Source of the DNA: Malacoraja senta
Lineage: Eukaryota
Direction of reading: 5' to 3'
DNA length: 64,000 nt
Assembly (NCBI GenBank): GCA_038087875.1
Contig: CM075977.1
Location: 225,556,001 to 225,620,000, forward strand
Shown here: piece by piece, positions 1 to 11,008 of the stretch
How the letters are laid out: each line of letters opens with the position of its first letter
Position numbering within the stretch: the stretch's first letter is position 1
The notes under the pieces: generated by a model
Database searches by the model: none
The model's input: only the letters and a program-made list of their open reading frames with translations
Told to the model about the DNA's origin: nothing
Position numbers and translations under genes: made by a program

Positions 1-3000
1 CACCTTTTGGGTGAAGAAATTATTTTAATCCCTCTGTCCGATTTGAGACTTTGCGTCCTGGAACGAGAATCCTAACTGGGTGATTATTGAATTGGGACTC
101 CAGTGGCATTAAAAGTAAAATGCCTGCAGACATCTAGTTTTGCTGTGAAGTGAGAATAGTTAATGTAGAAAGTAAGGTAGAGGTAATGACTATTATGGAA
201 TAATTTCCCTGTGGCTCAGAAGCCTGTGTGCCATACAGTATGTGAGAGACATTGACCAACTGAAAAAGTAATACTTAAAATCTGTGTAACTTTGTCACCT
301 TTGGAGATTTGGCTGTTGATGTCTTTATATTACTCATTATTTACCTGCAATACAGTGATAGTGGAAGTGATGCAGTGATAGTGATAGCTTTCCATGCCAC
401 TCATGTAAATATTAAATACACAATTATCTTTGTGGATAAAACTGACCTGAGGCTCATTGATATCTGGGACCATTAGTAGAGGATCAGGAAGAGCATAAGG
501 ATTAATCTGGCAATCAGACATGGGGTAAAGAGGGGAAGGGGAGAATAAGCCCTGCTTAAGGAGAGAATAAGCCCTGCTTATTCCAGTAAAAATACTGGAA
601 GACAATCTGACTGTCAATACGCCACTTCACCATCTGGCTCAGCTGGCTGTTACAGCTAAGGCCCTCTACAAATGTCTCTCGTGTTCAAAAACGAATCTGC
701 TATTTAAAAAAAGTTATGCATGTGGAACAAAACTCAAGTGATTCAAAAAATTTAAATTGCTTAAGGCAACATAATTCTTCATGGCTGTCCCTATCGAAGC
801 TATTCGTGCACAAAATCCAACTTTCTTAAGTTTGTTCAGGCAGATTTGCCAGCAAATTTCAAGCTTGTTTTCTGGACAGAGGGACAGTGAACAGCTTTCA
901 GGAAGTTCATGATTTCCATATCTATGCAGTCATGCACAGAAATCCCCGACTGCTGGTACTTGGAGAAATACTGGTGCTTCTTTGCAAGATCCAATCTGTC
1001 ATGCACAGTTTTTCTATTTAACACTGAATTTAAACTGATATTGCAAAGAGGTATTTTGTGATTGTTTTGAAGATTTGTTGCATTAAAATTGCACTTTATA
1101 GTGTTGAAGCTTCTCAACATAATCCTACGTGAATGGGTTGAATGCAATTTTCTGTGCAGCAACTATTCACAAGCACCAGTGAGGTTAGTTATGTTGTATT
1201 TGTAAGCAGAGTCTGGAATTTTAATTCATATTAAAAAATATCTCTATTACCCACAAATCTTTTATGTATAGCTTAAAATTACTTATTCACATTTTAAAAA
1301 AGTATTGCTAATTGACCTTTCATTACATTGCACACTGGGTGTTCAGAGTGTGTAGCAAGAAAAGCTAGGTGCTGAACTTCCAATTTAATCCATATTGGTC
1401 CTGAGATTAAATAAAGACAAATTCAGGTGGACAGTCTCTCTTTTGGATGGTGCATGGGCTGAGGTCAGGTTATCGCTACTCAAGCAGGAAATGTCCAGAT
1501 TTCTTTTGTTTTTATTATTACTATATATGTTTAAAAGACTGCTCAATTATGATTTTATTATTTTTATGTGTAATGTTTTGAGTGTTTTGGCTGGACAATG
1601 ACATATGTTCCAAAAAAATTGATTACATTTGAAATATACTTATCTGTAATAGAATAACATCAATAAAATGGTAATGCAGATCCAGCTGAAAATCATCACG
1701 TTGTACAGTTTACACGATGGATAGATCCAATTTGTTAACTTCTATGAATTTATGTGACTGCTCGGGGTTCAGAATATTGCACAGGAGCTTCTGCCAACCT
1801 TTTAGGACATAATTCCATATAATCTTCTGCTGACAACTCAGCAGGTGGCCTTTTTTAAGCCCTTTCAGCAGAATACTGACCAGGCTGCTCATGTAAAAAG
1901 AAATAAACTTGTTCAAACTGGATATAAGATAATACAAATCTTTCGTTACTTTCACAAATCTACTTTATTTTCACACTTCTAACATACTTCTATTTCAGTC
2001 TTTGGCAGTGTTTCTCCTTCCAGCAGAATGCTTCAATTTATGACAGTAGATTCTATCTTAAAACACCACCGCTATTGTGCATGTCAGTATTTAAATATTT
2101 GCCAAGCCATTAAACTCAATATATGCACTAACTATTGGCTCTGCATTCATAATAATGCATCTGGTATTCAGTTGGAGAAATACAATACTAAATCAGGACA
2201 CGAGTGACACTTTCAGTTTCTATATGTCAGGCAGACTAAGTAATCTGTATTTTATATCTTCTCACCTTCCCATGGGGCTAACTTTTCATAGACCTGGATG
2301 TGCAGATGAAGTAAATGCTACTCCAACCTGTCAGACTAAATGAAGCAGTCACAAAACTCTGCAATCATCTTCATCTGTCTGGACTTAAAACATCAAGCGC
2401 TGACAATCTTTGTATGAGTCTGAAAGAACCATATGTTTTCTATTGTAAGTTTTGCAGCTGTTTCTAGTAAATGATAATGCAATAAAACATTAAATCATCC
2501 TTGTTACTATACCTGCAAAATAAGTCATTATCAGCCTATAAATAGATTTATTGTCAGCTCCTCACAGTACAAGGAAAATAAATGGTCATTCAGCTCAACA
2601 AGCTTGATCTGCAAGTTAGTAACAACAATACCTCCATCTCTCAATTACCTGCCGGTGCTGAATACATTTTTCCCCCAGACAACTATTTAGCTGCAAGGGC
2701 CTGGATGCATCACCACAAAAAAATGTTGCATGCTAAATCCACAAAGGCTGAGCTCAGGTGATATACGACGGGCTATGATTTAACCTCATATACATAATCA
2801 AGGTCAGTAATTGTATCTTCAAATGCTACGGTTCACAACTTCCCCAATGCAGCATAACACAACAAAGAATAGTCTCATTCACTCAGGCCTCCTTTCATAC
2901 ATCATAGGTTTCGCTGTACAGTTAACAATACTCTAGACCACACACCCACAGTGAGCTAATCAACCATGACATGCACGATCGACATTTAAGCACATCATTC

Positions 3001-3237
3001 TTCTTATAAAGTAAATGGATGGCAGAACCTTGGTGGACGATTGGGGGGCAAGTTTAGCAGCAGGCTCTTATTGACCTGCAGAAGAAAATGTTGACCATAA
3101 TTGGACTGACAATGATAGAGTCCATGAAAACTGGCAGGGCAGGAATCTAAAACTGCTGACATTAAATAAATCCATATTATTACAAAATCATAAAGCATGC
3201 AATGACCTCAATGGATCTTCAGATACATGGCTATATA

Positions 3238-3840
3238 CATGGAACATAGAACAGTATAACACAGTAAAAGGGTCCTTCGGCCCACAATATCTGTGCCGAA
3301 CATTATGTCAAATTAAATATCTCATCTACCTGTACATGATCCATATCCCTCTATTCCCTGCACTTCCATGCTTCTATCTAAAAGCCTCTTAAACATCACT
3401 ATCATATCTGCCTCCACCACCACCCCTGGCAATGCATTCCAGACCCCCATCACGCTCTGTAAAAAAATCTTGCCCCACACATCTCCATTAAACTTTCCCT
3501 CTCTCATCTTCTAGCTACACCCTCTAGTATTGGACTCCGGGAAAAGGTTCTGACTGTCTATCTGAGCTTTCTGATAATTTGATATACTTGTATCAAGTCT
3601 CCTCTCAACCTCTGACATTCCAGGGAAAACAACCCAAGTCTGTACAGCCTCTCCCTGTAGCTGAAACCCTTTAACCCAGGCAGCATTCTGGTATACCTTC
3701 TCTGCACCTCTCCAAAACCTCCACATCTCTCCTGTAATGGGGCAACCAGAACTGCACGCAGTACTCCAAATGCGCCGTAACCAAAGTCCTCTAAATCTGC
3801 ATCATGACTTCCTGACTCTTATATTCAATGCCCCTGGCAA
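3238..3840 (-). mobile_element. CR1/HER1 LINE 3' fragment
   Basis: Minus-strand ORF pieces (WNALPGVVVEADMIVMFKRLLDRSM) match the CR1 ORF2 C-terminus. The 3' tail reads ...CTGTTCTATGTTCC on the minus strand. Confidence 0.85.
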
Positions 3841-4157
3841 TTAAGCACTGCAAGATAATTTAAACCCTAATGTTTTTCATTTAACTGCTGGAATTCTCCA
3901 CCAAATTACTGACCTTCTTTTCCTCACCCTCTCCACATTCTCTGCATTTTAAAATGTATTTATTTCTATCTTTTCCCACACCTAATGGTTGTTAATTTTG
4001 GTTTCCCTTCAATGATGTTGCCTGATCTATTGAGAAATTCCACCATTTTATGTTTTATACTTCAGATGTCACTTTGGTGTGGTACTGGTAAAGTACTACA
4101 TCATCGGAGGTGCCACTTCTTGAGATAAAGTATTAAACCATATCACCTTCCAGACTG

Positions 4158-4258
4158 AACTAGGTCTGAAGAAGGGTCTCGACCCGAAACGTCACCCATT
4201 CCTTCTCTCCAGAGATGCTGCCTGTCCCACTGAGTGACTCCAGCATTTTGTGTGTTCC
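4158..4258 (+). mobile_element. Short Penelope-like (PLE) pLTR insert with 12-bp flanking direct repeat
   Basis: Body CTGAAGAAGGGTCTCGACCCGAAACGTC...GATGCTGCCTGTCCCACTGAG. CCTTCCAGACTG is repeated at 4146-4157 and 4259-4270. Confidence 0.8.
4161..4198 (+). ncRNA. Minimal type I hammerhead ribozyme motif (PLE-associated)
   Basis: TAGGT-CTGAAGA-A-GGGT(CTCG)ACCC-GAAA-CG-TC-ACCCA: CUGANGA core, stem II, GAAA, GUC site and stem I (one mismatch). Confidence 0.65.
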
Positions 4259-4459
4259 CCTTCCAGACTGCCCCTTCTGATGTATGTAAGAGCTCCCTAC
4301 TTACTCATTGGTCTTGGCTGAAATTTATTCTTCAACAGACTTACTGGACATTCATCTATGTTGTTAATGGAGCCTTCCTTTACACAAACAAGTTTCCATG
4401 TTAAATTTATCTGAAAAGCTGAATGCATTTTGGAATAAACTGCATCAATGAAGAACTAG

Positions 4460-5140
4460 GTGGGGCCGACGATGGCTGCCTCGCCAACGGTCTGTCTCAT
4501 CTTTTTCTTTCTTTGTTGTTTTTAGTTTGTTGTAAAATGTATGTTTTAGTGTAATTTTAGTTTTGTATTATGTGGGGAGTGGTTGGGGAAACTTTTTTAA
4601 AATCTCTTTCCTTGATGGAGATGCAACTTTCTTTCATGTCGTATCTCCTTTCGCACTGTGGCCTAACATCGTGGAGCTGGCGGCCTCTTGCTGGAGACCG
4701 ACTTTGGGATCTCCAACCGCAGGAAGCCTGCGGACTTACCATCGTGGAGCTTGCGATCTCTTCGTCAGGGATCGACTTCCGTAGATCCAACCGCGGGAGC
4801 CTGCGGACTTTAACATCGTGGAGCTCGCGGTCCCTTGGTTAGGGACCAACTTCAGGTGCTCCAAACTGCAGAAGCTTCGACCCCCCCGGTCGTGGGAGCT
4901 TTGATCACCCCGTCTGCAGACGGTTCGACTCCCCCGACCGCGGGAGAAAAAGGAGGAGAAAAGATAAGACGTTATGCCTTCCATCACAGTGAGGAATGGG
5001 GTGGAGCCGCTGTGGTGGATGTTTATGTCAAATTTTATGTAGTTGTGTATCTTGTTGCTTTTTTGATATGACTGTATGGCAAATCAATTTTCCTCGTATG
5101 TTGCAAAACATACTTGGCTAATAAACTACAATTATGATTA
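4460..5140 (+). mobile_element. GC-rich non-autonomous retroposon with Rex1-like tail (family copy 1)
   Basis: Head GATGGCTGCC, T-rich/G-run leader, internal repeats (GCGGACTT..CATCGTGGAGC), hairpin CCATCACAGTG..CGCTGTGGTGG and AATAAA tail. The same architecture occurs at 10137-11008 and 38233-38930. Confidence 0.7.
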
Positions 5141-6099
5141 GCTATACAGGATCATTATTTTTAGATAGTTCCTTTTATAATACACTCTGCTAAAAATGTA
5201 GGAATTTTATACATTACCTGATTGCCGCCCTCCTCCTCCCCCTCAAACACATCTACCCCCCATGCCTGACTGCAAGCTTAAGTATTTTAATCGCTGATTC
5301 CGGATTTACATCACCTCTTTTTTCTTACATTATTATTCGTATCTGGCATCGTTGGCCTTCACTCACAGTTACTGAAATCACCTGGATATTATTTTTACAA
5401 TTCAAGTATATGAATTACATAAGTCTATATAATTATGTACAGACAATGCTTATGGTATGCATGTCATTGAATTTTATAACTCGTATAAACCTTAATTTAA
5501 AATGTCACTCTCGATTATATTTGGATCCACATGGCAGTATCATACTGCAAGTCTCAGGTTGTGCACTAACCTACGGAAAATCATGCAATACTTGCTCTTT
5601 AAAAACCGTAGCCTGTAATTACAATACTTTGTTTCCAGAGGTAAATAATGTGTATTTGAAATTCGCAATATGTTTTTGTCTGATAAATGGAACACTTTTG
5701 TTTAATTTTGACACTTTTCCACCAGTATTTTCAGCACAGTATTTGTAAATAAAAATTAAATGCCAATTAAACAAAAAATAAAAATATACTTTTGGAAATA
5801 TTCATCTGTGGAAAGAGAAATAGAGGTCAGTGAACTTTGTTCCATCTTTTTGGAAACTGTATTGGAGTAAGGTTTATCTAACTGATTTCATTTTTATTGT
5901 TCTGGTAAATCATTTAAATCTTATTTGGCAGGTAGTCCTTCCTGCAACTCAATTTCATTTCTAGAGTTTCCCTCTGGAAGTTATATTTGTCATAAAATGT
6001 CAAGAGGTGAACATTTTACTATTAGGCACAAATAAGAGTATATCACATGAGAGGTGGCTGCTAATTTTTGCCTTGGCAGTACTGGATGCCAGGAATGTT

Positions 6100-6272
6100 A
6101 ATGGGTTCCTTGACAATAACAACTTTTAAGACACTTGGACAGATACATGAATAGGAATGATTAGAGGGATATGGACCAAATGCAGGCAAATAGGACTAGC
6201 TTAGATGGAGTATCTTGGTCGGCATTGACGAGTTGGTTTGAAGGGCCTTTCTATGTTGTATGACTCTATGAC
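6100..6272 (+). mobile_element. CR1/HER1 LINE 3' end
   Basis: TTTAAGACACTTGGACAGATACATGAATAGG...TATGACTCTATGAC tail. Confidence 0.75.
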
Positions 6273-6569
6273 CACCAGTGATTTGGGCTGCAGCTAGTGT
6301 GAGGTCGTGACAGCTGAGAAAATGTAACCACCCCAAACTCAGAAATGTGGTTGAGCTGGACACTTCACTATTGAATCTGGAACACAGCCAGGTGAGGATA
6401 TAATTGTAAAGATGTACTACAGTACCTTGGAAAGAAATTGTAATTGATAATAAAATAGCAAATGAAGAGTAATGAAGATGGAATGTGATTTATTATTTTG
6501 AGGGCTGCTTTGGAGAATGGAATTGGATTGATAATAATGGTAGTAGGCTTATTAGGTACTGACCTATAC

Positions 6570-7060
6570 CTCTCTGGCCTTGCTCTCTTTCACTACTACC
6601 ATTGGGTAGAAGGTACAGGAGCTTGAGAAGCGTGACCACAAGGCTCAAAAACAACTTGGATTTTAGATTTAGAATTGCACAGCACAGGTGTAAGCCCTTT
6701 TTCCCCACAATGTTGTTACAAACAACGTCAGGTTAAACTAATCTCCGCCTGCACATGATCCATCTCCTCCATATACTGTTTCTTCCCAGCAACAATCGGG
6801 CTCTTGGACCTTGCATAACACTAACCAAAACCCTACTTCACCAACTATGATCTATATGGTCTTTGTTTTTATGGCAATATGTGCTTTGGTTTTGCACTAT
6901 TATGGTCTGGTACCTTAGTGTTGCTGATTATTAATTTACTGTATGACTGATTATTGTATTTTATTTTGTGTTACTGGGCCTGTAAAGTTACAGCAAGTAA
7001 GAATGTAATTGTTCCATTGCCGGTGCACATGACAATTAAAACACTCCTGACGTTTGACTC
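6570..7060 (+). mobile_element. Rex1/Babar LINE 3' end, interrupted by a minus-strand CR1 piece (~6660-6770)
   Basis: CCATTGGGTAGAAGGTACAGGAGCTTGAG (GRRYRSL motif) and tail CACATGACAATTAAAACACTC. Confidence 0.7.
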
Positions 7061-7596
7061 TTTCTTACCACATCTCGCCTCCAACAAATTTCATGTTGGG
7101 GTCGAGAGAGTGACAGTGAGAATCTTCAGATCTAATGAGCAGGCATGCGGGACATCACACCTCTAACTAACTCCCTTTTCGTCCAATTCATGCCTATAAT
7201 TTAACACATTTTGAGGGTTCTAGCCACATATTTCATTGATTCTTTGCATTTCTAATTCTTTACCCATTTACAAACTGTCAGATGTCTTATGATTTTGAAT
7301 GATACTGATGTTTTAGAGATAGCGAGACATATATAATCAAAATAATAATACTGAGTCTCCAGTTTAGGGTTATAAAACCTAAATGTAGACATAGGCCACT
7401 CGTCTTTGGAAACATCTAGAGTTAAAGAGAGAATTGGGTATCAATGATGGCATGTGTAGTTAGACCTGAATTTTAGAATGCAGAAAAGTTCACTTGTTGG
7501 AGTGCAGAATTGAGTGAGAAAAATTGAGAGGATTGAAGAGCAGAACCACGGTGCTATTCAACATTTGCAGGGTGATCTTGGCATATTGAGAAGACT

Positions 7597-7762
7597 TTAG
7601 TGTAGCTTAGTTTAGAGATACAGCGTGGAAACAGGCCCTTGGGCCTACCGAGTCCGCGCCGACCAGCAATCCCCACACATTAACACTATCCTACACACAC
7701 TAGGGACATTTTACACATACACCAAGCCAATTAACCGACATACCTGTATGTCTATGGAGTGA
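7597..7762 (-). mobile_element. HE1-type V-SINE, 3' half
   Basis: TTAGTTTAGAGATACAGCGTGGAAACAGGCCC tail, the same as in the other copies in the window. Confidence 0.85.
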
Positions 7763-8795
7763 GAATGAAAGTTATCAATAAGGTAAAATATTAAAAAATA
7801 TAAACTATCTTATTGTTCAATGAAAGAATTTGAAGACATGTGTGGTTGAGAGGAGGAAAACAGGTTATTTTCGACATGTAGAGGAGTCAAAAGGGTATCA
7901 CGAGGCTATGTTAAAATGATTTTTATCTGAAATAGTTACAGTAGTTCAATATGCATTCTCAGTGTGTGTGCTATTTCATTGCGACTGAGAGTCAGATAGT
8001 TCATGAAAATATGTTCAGAATAGCCACTGAAAAGACAGGCCTATTCTCAGGTCTACTGTTCTTCCAAAAGCAAGTGAATAAAGGATAGTATACTCCTGGG
8101 AAGGTTTTTAAGCACGATACAGAAAATAGATTGTCTTCACGACTTTGCTCTTATCTCCCAGACATTCCTTACTACAAACCAAATTGGATCACTGAGCCAG
8201 AGAACTACAGCTCTGAGGCTGTTTGTCATTGTCAAACGTGCTCGCCCGGCACTCTTCTCCAGTTTGCATTAGAATTAAACTGTCTGGCTTGATTGTTGTT
8301 GAGATTTTCCATTAAACCACAAGGAGCTGATAATTATTCTGGGAGAAAGACCAAGCTGAGTTTGCAGTGTTCTGTCCTCCTTTGGCTTCGCTAATGAGAT
8401 TATCAGCGTCATTTGTTTTGAAAGAGTAATTATCGAGTGCGGTAGCCTTGCCAGACAAAGAGTTCATTTTATTTGTTTCACTTTGTAGAGGAAATTAGTG
8501 TGAAGGATTCAATTAAAACCATAAAATGTAGCAACAGTCGGTTGAATAATTTTTCACTCAACCAACATTGTAACTTATTATATCACAAAAACCTGAGCTT
8601 ACATGGTGCCGAAAGAAGCTCATTCATTATGAGTTACAGTGAATTTATTGTTAAAATTAATTTCAAATGGGATTTTATACAGTTATTTAAAACTGTCTCT
8701 GACTCTCAGAGGTATTCGGAAACAATTCAAATAGAGTTAAATTAGAAATATCTTCAAGTACTAGAAATTAATTAACTTAAAAATACGGCAAAATA

Positions 8796-9438
8796 CAGTA
8801 AACCTTCAATGACGGACCATGGAGGGGGGGGGAAATGGAGTCCGTTATTTCTGATTGTCCGTTATAACCGAGTCAGATATTATTGTATGTAGTTGAAACA
8901 GAACTGCAGAAAGTGGTTAATACACAAAAGGACACAATGTGCTGGTGTAACTCAGCAGGTCATCACTGTAGAAAAAGGATAGGTGACATCAGGATCTTCT
9001 TCAGACTGATTCAGACTAACTCATACTCCAGCACTTTGTGTTGTTTCACATTAAAACTAGGCGTCGATGCCGCTGATCTGCACCAACGAACCCATCTTCA
9101 CCGATTGACGTGGCTGTTGTTGCGGCTCACTATGTAGCCCTTGGCTGTCAGCTCTTTCTTCAGGCTGCTGCACCAACAGGACACACTCGGTCACCATGGG
9201 GCTCCCTCCCCTCTCACCTGCTGCCAATATCAAGGTGGAGTATGTCAACGACTCCAGGTGAGAAAGGGGAGGAGGCAGTGGAGGAAAGGGGGGGGGGAGG
9301 TGGGGAGAGGGAAGAGGCCGAATGGACAGAGTGACGAGAGGAGGAGGTGACGGCGAACGAGCAGGAGGTGGATCAGTAGGTCCGTCCATTATATCCAAAA
9401 TCAGTTATAAAGGGGTCTGTTAAAACAATGGTTTACTG
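8796..9438. mobile_element. Tc1/mariner (Tigger/pogo-like) MITE with nested PLE fragment (~8895-9045)
   Basis: TA|CAGTAAACC ... GGTTTACTG|TA termini, with subterminal CCGTTATAA-like repeats at both ends. Confidence 0.75.
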
Positions 9439-10136
9439 TATTAAAAAACTAACCATTTAACTTCTCTTGCCCTTTCAATCAAGATGTGTGACCCTAGTCA
9501 AATGAATCATCAGTTCAGTTTTGTTTTTTGTCATGTGTACCGTGGTACATTGCAAAGCTTTTGTTGCGTGTTGACCAGACAGCATTATGGGGTTATTTAG
9601 CACAGAAACTGGACGACTAGGTCCATGCCTACCATTGAGTACTTATAAGTAATGATGCTGTTTACCAACAGAGTCTGTGGCTTGGTGTGCATTGATGATA
9701 CATGTATCATTCAAGTACTTCTTACAGCACCTGCTTTCACCACCCACTCAAGCAGTGCATCCCTATAAATGACAGCCATTGCTGGAAGGAACACGCGGCT
9801 AGATCACAAGGTTCCTAGAAGTACAGATATTCACAGAGGGGCACTCGAGCCTATGTAGACCTATCCTGGCAATTTCATCCAATGATTATCACTTCATTTA
9901 TTAGATGGGTTTCTCCACTTTTATTTCTCACTTCTGACACAATGCTGACCAATGATCCATTTCACTCTTCTGGTACTTATTATCATTACATTTTATGATG
10001 GAACCTGCTGAAATGTCCTAGGAGTGCAGTAACTGGGATCTCTTCTATAAGAAATTTGTTTGGCAGAGTTGCATGGCTCTCTGCAAGCAATTAAGGAAGC
10101 ATGAATCTGACCCGTAAAAATATAAAAGTTAATTCT

Positions 10137-11008
10137 AAAGGTTCAAAGGTTCAAAGGTTCATTTATTGTCACATGCACCAACTTGGTGTAGTGAAATTCA
10201 AGTTGCCATTGCAGCACATTAATAAGAATACCACATAACATTATAAAGGAATTTAACAATAAACATAAAAAACATCCCCCCACAATGGTTGCCACTGTGA
10301 GGGAAGGCACAAAGTCCAGTCCCCATCCCCTTGTCCACCCATAGTCGGGCCTATTGAGGCCTCCGCAGTCGCCGCTACGGCAGCCCGATGTTTCAGGCCC
10401 TACTCGCCGGGTGATGGTGCTCCGGCATCAGGAGAACCCTCTCAGCGGCTTGGGACACCTGGAACGGCCGCTTCCTTACAGGAGATCGCGGCTTCCGAAG
10501 CCAACAGGCCGCGCTGGACGGAGTTCCAACACTGGCGATCTGGCCGAGAGATCCCAGGCTCCCGATGTTAAAGTCAGCGACGCTCCACAGACCCGCAGCT
10601 CCGCGATGTTCACCTGCGGTCTCAGCATTCCGGAGCTCCAGCGCGGCGAATCGGGCAAGGCATCGCCCGCTCCACTCCGCGATAGCGCTCCAGCGCTGTG
10701 CCGCCACGGAGCCGTGGTTCTAGCCGGTCCCCTCAGAAAAAGCCGCTCCAGACCCGTTGGTAGGCCGCGAGGAGGGGTCGAAGATGCTGCCCGGAGGATG
10801 GCCGCCTCTGCGACCAGGTAGGGACTAGGAAAAGCAGTTTCCCCCTTCCCCCCCCCCCCCCACCCACCCCCCCCCCCCACCCACCATCCACATAAAAAAG
10901 AATAGACCTCCAAACAAAACACTTTTTAACACACTAAAAATAAAAGAAAGAAGTGAAAAGACAGACAGCTGCAGGCTGGGCAGCCATACCCAACTTGACG
11001 GTGCTGCC
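10137..11008 (-). mobile_element. GC-rich non-autonomous retroposon with Rex1-like tail (family copy 2)
   Basis: Minus-strand head GCACCGTCAAG..ATGGCTGCC and tail GGTGCATGTGACAATAAA followed by (GAACCTTT)3. Confidence 0.7.

Larger units (their letters stand above)
4066..4440 (+). mobile_element. Old DeuSINE/SacSINE1-like SINE, interrupted by a PLE insert
   Basis: ATCGGAGGTGCC...ATTAAACC...CTTGGCTGAAATTTATTCTTCAAC resembles the recalled Deu-domain consensus. Confidence 0.6.

Noticed and set aside
541-580. GAGAATAAGCCCTGCTTA x2, and a similar small duplication at 13951-14010
   Set aside because: Ordinary local slippage duplications with no further structure.
836-1162. 108-aa minus-strand ORF
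   Set aside because: It has a non-ATG start, no known motif and no convincing splice sites.
10354-10922. Overlapping 104-155-aa ORFs
   Set aside because: These are GC-rich stop-poor frames inside a dispersed repeat, with no recognisable domain.
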